From Bacteroidota bacterium (GTDB taxonomy: Bacteria > Bacteroidota > Ignavibacteria > UBA10030), in NCBI GenBank assembly GCA_041695045.1, contig JBGFRR010000164.1:6268-70267 (forward strand): a DNA stretch of 64,000 nt. Reading direction: 5' to 3'. The notes under the pieces were generated by a model that did not search any database, had not been told where the DNA came from, and saw only the letters and a program-made list of their open reading frames with translations. The translations under genes were made by a program, and so were the position numbers. The stretch's first letter is position 1; every line of letters starts with the position of its first letter. Shown here piece by piece: positions 17,658-27,203 of this stretch.

Positions 17658-19444
17658 AACATTTTTTTTCTCTCATACTGGTATTCTTGTTCATAGGGTG
17701 TGCCATGAATACTTCCTCCCGCCATGAACTCACGGGACCGTGGGTGTTTCAAGTCGACTCGCTCGATCAAGGGTTGACCGAAGCATGGTATGCTGAAGGA
17801 TTCGACCGATCGCAGTGGCGAGAGGTGACGGTGCCCGACCATTGGGAACGGTACAACCTGCCGTCGTACGATGGCGTTGGGTGGTTTGCAACGGAATTTG
17901 AGTACGATGGTGGCGAGATACCGATGGCGATTTTCTTTGGCGGCGTGGACGACGACGCCGACGTGTGGGTGAATGGAACGAAGGTCGGCTCTCACGTCGG
18001 ATACAGCGAAGTTTTTTCGTTCGACATAACGCAAACACTCCGGCGCGGAAAAAACAAGGTTGTCGTCCGCGTGTTCGACTCGGGCGGCCCCGGCGGAATC
18101 TATAAATCAGTCATGGTCGTTCCCGCTGACCGCGTCGAGGAGCTTCGTCGAACGCCGTATGCTGCGCTCCAGGCTCGGCCGAGTGAAGACTGGGTGAAAG
18201 ACGCCGTGATCTATGAAGTGTATCTCCGTTCGTTCTCAACAGAGGGAACCTTCAAGGCGCTAGAACGGCGACTTCCGGAATTGAAGGACTTAGGCGCTAC
18301 CGTCCTGTGGCTGATGCCGATCCATCCCGTCGGTACCGTGAAGCGGAAAGGGACGTTGGGGAGTCCATACGCAGTGCAGGACTACTATGCGGTGAACCCG
18401 GAGTTTGGGACGCTGGAAGATTTTCGCTCCCTCGTCCGTGCTGTGCATGAGCACGGGATGAACATCATCATCGATCTCGTTGCTAATCATACTGCCTGGG
18501 ATAGCAAGCTTATCCAAGAGCATCCAGAATGGTTTTCGAAAGACGATCAAGGGAACATGGTGCCGCCAAACGACGATTGGACCGACGTGGCAGACCTTGA
18601 TTATTCTCAGCAGGAATTATGGGATTACATGATAGAAATGATGAAGTACTGGGTGCGGGACGTCGGTATCGACGGCTATCGCTGTGATGTGTCGGAGCTT
18701 GTTCCGACGGAGTTCTGGAACCGGGCACGGAAGGAGTTAGATACCATCAAACCGGTGATGATGCTCTCCGAAGGGACGTTACCCGAACACCACGTTGAGG
18801 CATTTGATCTGACCTACGCGTGGAACTTCTACGATGTCCTCGCGAAAGTCATCACGTCGCATACGCCGGCGACCATGTTTGAGAAAATCATCGAGAATGA
18901 ATCGTACCGATTCCCACAAGGCTCGTTACGAATGCGGTTCAACACGAACCACGACAAAAATGCCTGGGATGCACCGACGGTTCTGAAGTTTACCCGTGCG
19001 GGTGCAAAAGCCAGCGCCGTGCTGGCGTTCACGTTTCCCGGAGTTCCTTTGATTTACAACGGTGAAGAGGTGGGGAATGAGAAGCGGTTGGACCTCTTTG
19101 AGAAGGTTGAGATCGACTGGACCAAGAACGAAGATTTCCGTGAGTTGTACACAGAGTTATGTCGGTTGAGAAAGGAACAAGTTGCCGTTCGTCGTGGCAC
19201 ATTTCAGCCTCTTGTCAATTCGGATGGCGAGAAGGTTGTTTCCTTCCTCCGGCAAGCGGAGCAGGAGCGTGTCATCGTTGTGATCAATCTATCGAATCAA
19301 CAACGCAGGGTCAGCATTACGCTTCCGGACAAAGCGGTGAAGAGCCTCGAGGAGTACTTTACCTCCCGTTTCGTGTCTCTCGATGAGGGGCGACTGGAAC
19401 TCGATCTCGACGCGTTTGCGTATCAGATCTTTATCATACCTTGA
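17654..19444 (+). CDS. Lipoprotein: GH2-type sugar-binding (jelly-roll) domain fused to GH13 alpha-amylase domain
   Basis: ATG 17654 overlaps the malG stop; lipobox FIGC; LTGPWVF...VPDHW...YDGVGWF...FGGVDDDADVWVNG...GGIYKSV; then DLVANH, DGYRCD, MLSEG, NTNHD. Confidence 0.85.
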   Translation: MKHFFSLILVFLFIGCAMNTSSRHELTGPWVFQVDSLDQGLTEAWYAEGFDRSQWREVTVPDHWERYNLPSYDGVGWFATEFEYDGGEIPMAIFFGGVDDDADVWVNGTKVGSHVGYSEVFSFDITQTLRRGKNKVVVRVFDSGGPGGIYKSVMVVPADRVEELRRTPYAALQARPSEDWVKDAVIYEVYLRSFSTEGTFKALERRLPELKDLGATVLWLMPIHPVGTVKRKGTLGSPYAVQDYYAVNPEFGTLEDFRSLVRAVHEHGMNIIIDLVANHTAWDSKLIQEHPEWFSKDDQGNMVPPNDDWTDVADLDYSQQELWDYMIEMMKYWVRDVGIDGYRCDVSELVPTEFWNRARKELDTIKPVMMLSEGTLPEHHVEAFDLTYAWNFYDVLAKVITSHTPATMFEKIIENESYRFPQGSLRMRFNTNHDKNAWDAPTVLKFTRAGAKASAVLAFTFPGVPLIYNGEEVGNEKRLDLFEKVEIDWTKNEDFRELYTELCRLRKEQVAVRRGTFQPLVNSDGEKVVSFLRQAEQERVIVVINLSNQQRRVSITLPDKAVKSLEEYFTSRFVSLDEGRLELDLDAFAYQIFIIP

Positions 19445-19486
19445 GGTTCAGACAATCTTCAGAACCCCCACCGGCCACGGCACCCT

Positions 19487-21643
19487 ATGAAACACATCAA
19501 TCTCCTTCTTGGCATTCATAATCATCAACCGATCGGGAACTTCGATTCCGTTTTCCAGCATGCATTCGAGCGAGCGTACCAACCATTCGTCGATCTCCTG
19601 GAACGCTACCCGCGCGTGAAGCTTGCATTGCATTATTCGGGAATTCTTCTGGAGTGGCTCGTGCGGCATCAACCCCAGTTTCTCCGTCGGCTCCAGCGGC
19701 TTGTGAAGTCCGGGCAGGTAGAAATCATGGGAGGTTCATACTACGAAGCGATCCTCTCCATTATTCCCGACGAGGACAAGCGCGGCCAGCTGCGGATGCT
19801 TTCGAAGGCCATCCGGAAACACTTCGGTCGCAGGCCTTCCGGTATGTGGCTTGCTGAACGCGTATGGGAGCAGCATCTGGTCAAGTTTATCGCTGACGCA
19901 GGACTCCGGTACACCGTCGTGGATGACACGCACTTCAAATACGCAGGGTTTTCCGAAGAAGAGCTTCTGGGGTACTATGTTACGGAAGAGGAACAGAAAA
20001 CCATCGCCATTTTTCCCATCAGTAAGCGATTACGCTATACCATTCCCTTCCAACCCGTCTCGAATACGATTGACTATTTGCGCGAGGTTGCATCCGAGGA
20101 TGGCGAGCTCATCGCCGTCTATGCGGACGACGGGGAGAAGTTTGGCGTGTGGCCGAACACGTACGATCACGTGTACACCCACGGCTGGCTCGAGGAATTC
20201 TTTCGAGCGCTGAGCGAGAACGCGGACTGGATACGCGTGATCCACTTCAGCGAGGCTCTCAGCACCATAGCTCCGCTCGGTCGAACGTATCTTCCCAACG
20301 CGTCGTACGCCGAGATGCTTCACTGGGCACTGCCGGCGCATCATTTTCCATTGTATGAGGAATTTGAACAGTTACTTCAGCAGCAAGGCATTCGGGATAA
20401 ATATGAATCGTTCTTCAAAGGTGGGTTCTGGAGAAACTTTCTGGCGAAGTATCCGGAATCCAACCTTATGCACAAGAAGATGCTTCACGTTTCCGAACGC
20501 GCTCAGACTCTCGCCGAAAAGAAAAACGGTCTCGCTCGCTCCTCAGCGTTTGCACGAGTTCGATCTCACCTCTACGCAGCTCAATGTAACGACCCCTATT
20601 GGCATGGGATTTTCGGCGGTTTGTATCTCCCCGTGTTGCGGTACCCCATCTATCATAACCTTGTGACGGCCGAGCGAGAGTTGGATCGCATCGAGGAACG
20701 ACGAGGTATGTGGGCGCGCATCTACGATCTGGACTGCGACGGGAACGATGAAGTCGTGATCGAATCGCCAACGTTCAATTACTACGTGAAGCCCTCCATG
20801 GGCGGCGCTCTGATTGAGTTGGACCACAAGGCCATCGGCCTGAACATTTTGGATATTGTATCCCGTCGACAGGAGGGATATCACCCGAAACTGAGGCGTG
20901 CGGTGGTTTCGCAGTCAACGCAGGGCGGCGTAGCGAGCATCCACGACGTCGTGAAGACGAAAGAACCGGGGCTTGAGCGCTTTCTGGACTATGATTGGTA
21001 TCAACGCGCCTCCCTTCTGGACCACTTTTTCGGTCCCGGCACAACGCTGGAACAGGTGTGGCGATGTGCCTATGAGGAGGTAGGCGATTTTATTCAGCAG
21101 CCGTACAGGGCGAAGCTTACGAAGAACGGACGAAAACCCCGTCTTGAGTTGACGAGGCATGGATCTGTCCGTCAAGGAGACCGGCGTCATCCCATCGTCG
21201 TACGAAAAACCGTTACGGTGGATGATCGCAACGAACGCTTGCTTATCGACTATTCACTTCGTAATAATGAGGCGCAACCGGTGCCCGTGTGGTTCGGCGT
21301 GGAGTTCAATGTTGGTCTTCAGGCTGGCAACGCTCCCGACCGGTACTATTACTGTGATGACGGTCCGATGGATGACGCACGTCTCCGCAGTATGGGAGAG
21401 GTACAGAACGTCTCGGCGCTTGGACTGCGGGACGAATGGTTGGGCGTTGATGTGCGCATCGAGATTGACCGGCCGACAACAATGTGGCGGTTCCCGATTG
21501 AGGTTGTTTCGCTTTCAGAAGAAGGGTTCGAGCGCATCTTCCAAAGCTCGGTTGTCATTCCTCACTGGCAGTTTGTCCTTGAGAAGGAATGGACGCTCCG
21601 GCTCTATCATACCATTAAAGCATTACCTCATCATGGGAGATGA
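19487..21643 (+). CDS. GH57 4-alpha-glucanotransferase/alpha-amylase (DUF1925/DUF1926 C-terminus)
   Basis: HNHQP, GMWLAERVW, DDGEKFGVWP, AQCNDPYWHGIFGGLY. Confidence 0.93.
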   Translation: MKHINLLLGIHNHQPIGNFDSVFQHAFERAYQPFVDLLERYPRVKLALHYSGILLEWLVRHQPQFLRRLQRLVKSGQVEIMGGSYYEAILSIIPDEDKRGQLRMLSKAIRKHFGRRPSGMWLAERVWEQHLVKFIADAGLRYTVVDDTHFKYAGFSEEELLGYYVTEEEQKTIAIFPISKRLRYTIPFQPVSNTIDYLREVASEDGELIAVYADDGEKFGVWPNTYDHVYTHGWLEEFFRALSENADWIRVIHFSEALSTIAPLGRTYLPNASYAEMLHWALPAHHFPLYEEFEQLLQQQGIRDKYESFFKGGFWRNFLAKYPESNLMHKKMLHVSERAQTLAEKKNGLARSSAFARVRSHLYAAQCNDPYWHGIFGGLYLPVLRYPIYHNLVTAERELDRIEERRGMWARIYDLDCDGNDEVVIESPTFNYYVKPSMGGALIELDHKAIGLNILDIVSRRQEGYHPKLRRAVVSQSTQGGVASIHDVVKTKEPGLERFLDYDWYQRASLLDHFFGPGTTLEQVWRCAYEEVGDFIQQPYRAKLTKNGRKPRLELTRHGSVRQGDRRHPIVVRKTVTVDDRNERLLIDYSLRNNEAQPVPVWFGVEFNVGLQAGNAPDRYYYCDDGPMDDARLRSMGEVQNVSALGLRDEWLGVDVRIEIDRPTTMWRFPIEVVSLSEEGFERIFQSSVVIPHWQFVLEKEWTLRLYHTIKALPHHGR

Positions 21644-21646
21644 TGG

Positions 21647-22780
21647 ATGGCAAGCGTACGCTTAGAACGGGTCAAGAAGATTTTTGAGAACGGCCATGTA
21701 GCGGTGCATGGACTCGATCTGGAGATCCACGACAAGGAGTTGGTGGTGCTGGTGGGACCCTCCGGATGCGGGAAGTCAACGACGCTGAGAATGATTGCTG
21801 GCCTCGAAGATGCGACCGAAGGAAAAGTTTTTATCGATGGACAGGTGGTTAACGATGTTCCACCGAAGGACCGTGATATTGCCATGGTGTTCCAGAATTA
21901 TGCGCTCTATCCGCACATGACCGTGTATGAGAACATGGCATTCGGTTTGCGGCTCAGGCGATTTTTGAGCAAGGAGATCGACGAACGAGTCCGCGAGGCA
22001 GCGACCCTTCTGGAAATTGAGATGCTGCTCGACCGGAAACCCAAAGCGCTCTCCGGCGGTCAGCGTCAGCGTGTGGCATTGGGGCGCGCGATCGTTCGAA
22101 AGCCGAAAGTGTTTCTCTTCGACGAACCGTTGAGCAATCTGGACGCGAAACTCCGCGTGCAGACCCGAACGGAAATCTCCAAGCTTCATCGCCGTCTCGA
22201 GGCCACCATGATCTACGTAACACATGACCAGATGGAAGCGATGACGTTAGGAAACCGGATCGTCGTGCTGAAGGGTGGGTACCTTCAGCAAGTCGATACG
22301 CCGCTCGGCCTGTATCATCATCCCCGGAATGTGTTTGTGGCGGGGTTCATCGGCAGCCCGGCGATGAATTTCTTTGAAGGGACGGTTGAAAAGCAGCGTG
22401 GACTTGTGTTTCGAACAGAGGGGATGCAATTCCCATTGAAGGCGAGCAGGTTCTCTCATCAGGCCGGTCATCGTCTCATCCTGGGTTTGAGGCCGGAACA
22501 CATTAGGCCGAAAGGGTCCAGTCGAGCGTCAGGAGTTACCGTGAGGGTGAACGTAGAGGTTGTGGAGCCGATGGGGAACGAAATCCTTGTGTACTTCACC
22601 GTACGCGAAGGCGGTACTCAGTACGTCGCCAAGCTGCGTGATTCTCTGGTTCCAGAAGCCGGCGGGACGATGGAGCTATCGTTCGACATGGCTCACGCGT
22701 ATTTCTTCGATAGCGTAACACAAGAAGCGTTGGAATACTCCTCGAAGGCGATCGCCCAGCGTCCGCCAAAGCAGCAATGA
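21647..22780 (+). CDS. malK: Sugar ABC transporter ATP-binding protein (MalK/MsmX)
   Basis: GPSGCGKST, VFQNYALYPH, LSGGQRQRVA, DEPLSNLDAKLR, TOBE domain. Confidence 0.93.
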   Translation: MASVRLERVKKIFENGHVAVHGLDLEIHDKELVVLVGPSGCGKSTTLRMIAGLEDATEGKVFIDGQVVNDVPPKDRDIAMVFQNYALYPHMTVYENMAFGLRLRRFLSKEIDERVREAATLLEIEMLLDRKPKALSGGQRQRVALGRAIVRKPKVFLFDEPLSNLDAKLRVQTRTEISKLHRRLEATMIYVTHDQMEAMTLGNRIVVLKGGYLQQVDTPLGLYHHPRNVFVAGFIGSPAMNFFEGTVEKQRGLVFRTEGMQFPLKASRFSHQAGHRLILGLRPEHIRPKGSSRASGVTVRVNVEVVEPMGNEILVYFTVREGGTQYVAKLRDSLVPEAGGTMELSFDMAHAYFFDSVTQEALEYSSKAIAQRPPKQQ

Positions 22781-22795
22781 AGATGATTACCAACC

Positions 22796-23159
22796 GTAAC
22801 TGCTGCTCAGCGGGAAAAAATACTTGAACAAATACCACACCTGCCTGTCCCGCTGTACGTACCTGTCGATATCGTTGTGTCTGTTTGGAGCATGTGCAGT
22901 AACCTCCAATGAAATTTCTCGTTGAAGGGGAGAAGAGAAGATTTCTTTTCAAGATCTAATCTCAAGTTGACCGCTTGTTTGAAGGGGTTAAAACCCTTAA
23001 ATATATTGGTTGGAAATTCTATCCACGCCCTAAAGGACGTGGCTATAGCCCCGACCTTCAGGTCGGGGATTACTTCTGCAGCGGTCAACTTGAGATCTAA
23101 TCTGTGAATCCCTGCCTGCGGCAGGCAGGTGTGGTTTGACTTTTTCACTGAGGAGTTAC
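22796..23159. mobile_element. MITE-like element with GTAAC termini, containing a second MITE
   Basis: Left GTAACTGCTGCTCAG...ACCACACCTGCCTG; right CAGGCAGGTGTGGT...CTGAGGAGTTAC; degenerate 8-bp flanks TACCAACC/CACCCACC. Confidence 0.7.
22961..23094. mobile_element. MITE with perfect 14-bp TIR CTCAAGTTGACCGC (copy 1)
   Basis: TIR at both ends; flanking direct repeat ATCTAAT; near-identical to 60830-61004. Confidence 0.9.
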
Positions 23160-25312
23160 CACCCACCATCGTATTCCTTCCAATGCTTTCTCTCGTTTGC
23201 TGTTGCAGGTCTCAAGGAAATAGCCGTCCCACCGCCGGGGGCTAACCGAAGCCGCAGTCGGGTCTTGTTGTTGACCAACACCTTTTGGATGCTGTACGCC
23301 ATCGGATTCGTTTCCCAGTGAGCGTCCGGTGCATCGGCGTAGATGGTTGCAGCGTACCATTGCTGCGGGGGAAGAAAGTCCAGTGTAATGCGGGATGAAC
23401 GTTTATGTTCGTCGGTAATGGCTCCAATAAACCATTCATTCTTGCCCTTTGCTTTCCGCGCGATCGTGAGGTAATCTCCCGGTTCTGCCTGAAGGATTTT
23501 TGTATCATCCCAATCGACCGCGACATCCTTGATGAATTGAAAAGCGTCGAGGAATCGTTCGTAGTTTTCCGGCAGGTCTGCCGCCATTTGAATCGGGCTA
23601 TACATGGTAACGTAGAGCGCGAGCTGCTTGGCCAGTGTCGTATGCACACGTGTCTTGCGATTTGGATCGTAGTAGTCTAAGGTGAGCTGAAAGATGCCCG
23701 GCGTGTAGTCCATCGGTCCACCCACCAGGCGGGTGAACGGAAGGATGGTTTCGTGCTCCGGTGGATTGCCGTGACTCCACGCATTGAATTCATTGCCCCG
23801 CGCGGCTTCCGACGCAAGCCAATTGGGGTACGTTCGATGCAACCCCGTCGGTCGGACAGGCTCATGGGCAATGACCATGATCTCGTATCGGGCGGTTCGT
23901 TCCGCAACACGGGTATAGTGATTCACCATCCACTGTCCGTCGTGATGCTCTCCGCGAGGGATGATCCTGCCAACGTATCCGGTCTTCACAGCATCATAGC
24001 CGTGTGCTTTCATGAAGCGGTATGCCTCATCCATCCGGCGTTCATAATTGGTGACGGAAGCGGAGGTTTCATGATGCATAATCAACTTGACGTTTCTCTG
24101 CGCCGCATAGTGCTGGAGCTCCTGTACATCGAAATCGGGGTAAGGAGTCACAAAATCAAACACCTCTTCCTTCCATTTCCCAAACCAATCTTCCCATCCA
24201 ATATTCCATCCCTCAACAAGGACCCCCTCAATGCCGTGGGTTGCAGCAAAGTCGATGTAACGCTTGACCCGCTCGGTGGTGGCACCGTGACGGCTGTTCG
24301 GCTTTAAGGCGTCCCAATCGGTCTCGGTCAGCTTCACATTGTCGACGTCGCTGTAGTTCCATGTCGATTTTCCCACATGAAGCTCCCACCAAACGCCCAC
24401 ATACTTCTGCGGTTTAATCCAGCTGACGTCATGTAACGCGGTGGGCTCGTTGAGATTGAGGATCAATTTTGAAGCGATGATGTCCGCCGCATTCTCGCTG
24501 ACGATGATGGTGCGCCATGGCGTTTTTGCTGGCGTCTGCAAATAGGCTTTATTACCGACAGCATCCGGCACAAGATGAGCCGTGAGCGTGAAGGTCTGCT
24601 GGTTCACAATCAAGTTCATTGCAGGGTAGTCGATGAGCGCTGCTTCGTGGATGTTCAGATAGAGGCCGTCGACAGTTTTCATCAACAGCGGTGTTTGGAC
24701 TGCGTTGCGATCGATCGGGGTCTTCGCAAAAATCTCGTCGGCAGCTCTTCCCGTCGTTGCATCGATGGCACTCAGCGAGGAGGTCGTGTAGATGTACTCA
24801 TTCGTGTCATAGTCTCCCGGTATCCAGAATGTTGTGTGGTCGCCCGTCAACGCGAACTCTGTCTGTTCCCCTGTAACGATGAAATAACTTAGCTGCTCCT
24901 GCTTCGGAAACTCGTACCGGAATCCCACGCCGTCGTTATAGACTCGAAAGCGGATAATCAGCTGACGATGTTGAGCTGCGGGTTGCTCGAGTGTCACTGC
25001 AAGTTCACGGTAGCGGTTTCGGATCTCCTTCACTTCTCCCCATACGGGCTGCCACGTTTCGTCGTACGAAAGTGTGTCGGTAGCGACGACGGAAAAACCC
25101 TTCTCAAACGAGAATTGGTCTCGAAGGGTAATGCCAAGCTTGCTGCGGTGAATCACCGCTTTCTGTCCCAGAAACACTTGATACGTCGGTTCACCATCAC
25201 CACTGAGGGCAAATGTGAGTGCGAGTTTTCCATGAGGCGAGAGGATGGTTTGACCAAACGTGAAACCCGAGCAGAGGAAAAACAGCACGAGTAAAGAGAA
25301 AACATGTCTCAT
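23156..25312 (-). CDS. GH97 alpha-glucosidase (SusB-like)
   Basis: YVGVWWELH, VLVEGWNIGWEDW, MHHET, AHE, ARGNEF, LPFTRLVGGPMDYTPG, SPIQMAAD. Confidence 0.95.
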   Translation of the reverse strand: MRHVFSLLVLFFLCSGFTFGQTILSPHGKLALTFALSGDGEPTYQVFLGQKAVIHRSKLGITLRDQFSFEKGFSVVATDTLSYDETWQPVWGEVKEIRNRYRELAVTLEQPAAQHRQLIIRFRVYNDGVGFRYEFPKQEQLSYFIVTGEQTEFALTGDHTTFWIPGDYDTNEYIYTTSSLSAIDATTGRAADEIFAKTPIDRNAVQTPLLMKTVDGLYLNIHEAALIDYPAMNLIVNQQTFTLTAHLVPDAVGNKAYLQTPAKTPWRTIIVSENAADIIASKLILNLNEPTALHDVSWIKPQKYVGVWWELHVGKSTWNYSDVDNVKLTETDWDALKPNSRHGATTERVKRYIDFAATHGIEGVLVEGWNIGWEDWFGKWKEEVFDFVTPYPDFDVQELQHYAAQRNVKLIMHHETSASVTNYERRMDEAYRFMKAHGYDAVKTGYVGRIIPRGEHHDGQWMVNHYTRVAERTARYEIMVIAHEPVRPTGLHRTYPNWLASEAARGNEFNAWSHGNPPEHETILPFTRLVGGPMDYTPGIFQLTLDYYDPNRKTRVHTTLAKQLALYVTMYSPIQMAADLPENYERFLDAFQFIKDVAVDWDDTKILQAEPGDYLTIARKAKGKNEWFIGAITDEHKRSSRITLDFLPPQQWYAATIYADAPDAHWETNPMAYSIQKVLVNNKTRLRLRLAPGGGTAISLRPATANERKHWKEYDGGW

Positions 25313-25378
25313 TGGTTTGCTCCTTCAAAAAATATTGGTGCGGTGATGCATCTTCGAACAAACTGGTGTGGTGTTGAG

Positions 25379-26986
25379 CTATGCAAAGACGTACCAGAGT
25401 ATCCCTATCGTCAATGCGAGGAGAAGAGACAACACTATGTTGACTCGATTCCGGCCGTCGTCTTCTTTATGCCTCGTTCCGAAAGTCAGCCCTCTGATCT
25501 GTTCCGGCGAGGGTGCTTTGGTCATGAAACTCACACCGATGAGGATCGTCGTGCAGACGAGGAACAGGAAGACTGCAAAGTGCAGGAAGTTGACCTCGGC
25601 GATAAACTCCCACATCGTTCCCGCGGGCAGGCCGGTTTTCTCGATGCCATTCATGAGCTCGAGAAACAACCGGAGTGCACCGAGGACGAATCCACTCAGC
25701 AACGAGGCCACGGCGCCTGCACCGTTGAGCCGCGGGATAAAGATTCCGAGAAGAAAACATGCTGCAATGGGTGGGGCGATGTATGCTTGCACACTTTGCA
25801 GATAGATGTACAGTTGCGAGGAGATATACTTCATGAAGGGTATCCATAATAAGCCGAGAACGACGAGAATGCCGGTGGCAACACGCCCCACCAAAACAAG
25901 AACGTGCTCGCTGGCGTCGGGTTTCCACTTTTTGTAGAAGTCCCATGTAATGAGTGTCGAACAGGAATTGAAGGTGGAACTCAGCGAGCTCATCAATGCC
26001 GCGAGCAGCGCTGCGATGACGAGGCCTTTGAGTCCGACAGGCATCAATCGGGCAACGAGCACCGGAAAGGCGCTATCCGATGTAGTGGGGGTGATATCGG
26101 CATACAGTGCCGCCGCGATCATGCCCGGGAGTACGAAGATGAAGACCGGCAGGATTTTCAAAAAGCCGGCGAAAAGAGTTCCCGTGCGTGCTTCGTGGAT
26201 ATTACGAGCCGCCAACACGCGTTGCACGATATATTGGTCCGTGCACCAGTACCAGATTCCAAGAATCGGCGCTCCGAACACAATGCCGGTCCATGGAAAG
26301 TCTGGGTGATCAACCGGTTTCCACATGGAGAAGAAATCCGACGGGAGGTGTGCCTGTAAGCCATCCCATCCACCGATCTCAACGAAGCCGAGAACGAGGA
26401 TGGTGAATGAGCCGGCAATCAAGACAAAGGTTTGAATCAGCTCCGTATAGACAACGGCCCTCAAGCCGCCGGCAACTGTGTAGAGTCCGGTAATTAAGAC
26501 GAGCAGGATTGCGCTCTCAATCATGTCCCATCCTGTCAATGCTTGAATGACGACGCCGCCGGCAAAAAGCGTAACGCTGATCTTTGTGAGAACGTACCCG
26601 ACAACGGAAATGGTCGTGAGATACCAGCGAGCAGCAGGGTTGTACCGCCGCTCGAGGAACTCCGGCATCGTGAAGACGCCGCTTCGAAGGTAGAATGGAA
26701 CAAACACCCAACCGAGCAGCAGCAGCACGAAACAGGCAAGCCATTCGAAGTGGCCTACCGCCAATCCGCCTGCAGCGCCTGAGCCTGCGAGTCCGACGAG
26801 ATGTTCGCTCCCGATGTTCGACGCAAACAAACTCGTTCCCACCACAAGCCATCCAACGTCTCGCCCGGCAAGGAAATAATCGGCACTTTCGTTTTTTCGT
26901 CTACGGTATGCCCAATAGCCAATACCAAGAATGATCAGGAAATACAGAATGACCACGAAGCCATCAGCGAATGTGAATGACGTCAT
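25379..26986 (-). CDS. Sodium:solute (SGLT-like sugar) symporter
   Basis: YFLAGR, SLFASNIGSEHLVGLAG, TMPEFLERRY, WYWCTDQYIVQRVLAA. Confidence 0.93.
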   Translation of the reverse strand: MTSFTFADGFVVILYFLIILGIGYWAYRRRKNESADYFLAGRDVGWLVVGTSLFASNIGSEHLVGLAGSGAAGGLAVGHFEWLACFVLLLLGWVFVPFYLRSGVFTMPEFLERRYNPAARWYLTTISVVGYVLTKISVTLFAGGVVIQALTGWDMIESAILLVLITGLYTVAGGLRAVVYTELIQTFVLIAGSFTILVLGFVEIGGWDGLQAHLPSDFFSMWKPVDHPDFPWTGIVFGAPILGIWYWCTDQYIVQRVLAARNIHEARTGTLFAGFLKILPVFIFVLPGMIAAALYADITPTTSDSAFPVLVARLMPVGLKGLVIAALLAALMSSLSSTFNSCSTLITWDFYKKWKPDASEHVLVLVGRVATGILVVLGLLWIPFMKYISSQLYIYLQSVQAYIAPPIAACFLLGIFIPRLNGAGAVASLLSGFVLGALRLFLELMNGIEKTGLPAGTMWEFIAEVNFLHFAVFLFLVCTTILIGVSFMTKAPSPEQIRGLTFGTRHKEDDGRNRVNIVLSLLLALTIGILWYVFA

Positions 26987-27081
26987 TGATCAACCTCAGT
27001 TGGTGTGTGGGGGTGAACGTTGGATGATTGTAGTGGAAGAAGGTACTGAAGAGATGAGTGTGCCGGTAAATGGACTGTCTG

Positions 27082-27154
27082 TGCCCCCAGCGAGATTCGA
27101 ACTCGCGTACCGAGCTTGAAAAGCTCGTGTCCTAGGCCTCTAGACGATGGGGGC
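27082..27154 (-). tRNA. tRNA-Glu (TTC)
   Basis: Reverse complement GCCCCCATCGTCTAGAGGCCTAGGACACGAGCTTTTCAAGCTCGGTACGCGAGTTCGAATCTCGCTGGGGGCA; anticodon arm CGAGC-TTTTCAA-GCTCG; no encoded CCA. Confidence 0.96.
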
Positions 27155-27159
27155 GATTG

Positions 27160-27203
27160 AAATGGGGAAATGTGAAATTGAAGAAATGCGGAATTGAGGA
27201 ATT
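27160..27203. repeat. Degenerate 8-nt tandem repeat
   Basis: AAATGGGG AAATGTGA AATTGAAG AAATGCGG AATTGAGG, between the four-helix-bundle stop and tRNA-Glu. Confidence 0.65.

Noticed and set aside
22922-23107. ORFs at 22922 and 60701 sharing LKLTACLKGLKPLNILVGNSIHALKDVAIAPTFRSGIT
   Set aside because: These are translations of the duplicated MITE, not a protein family; no RBS or coding context.
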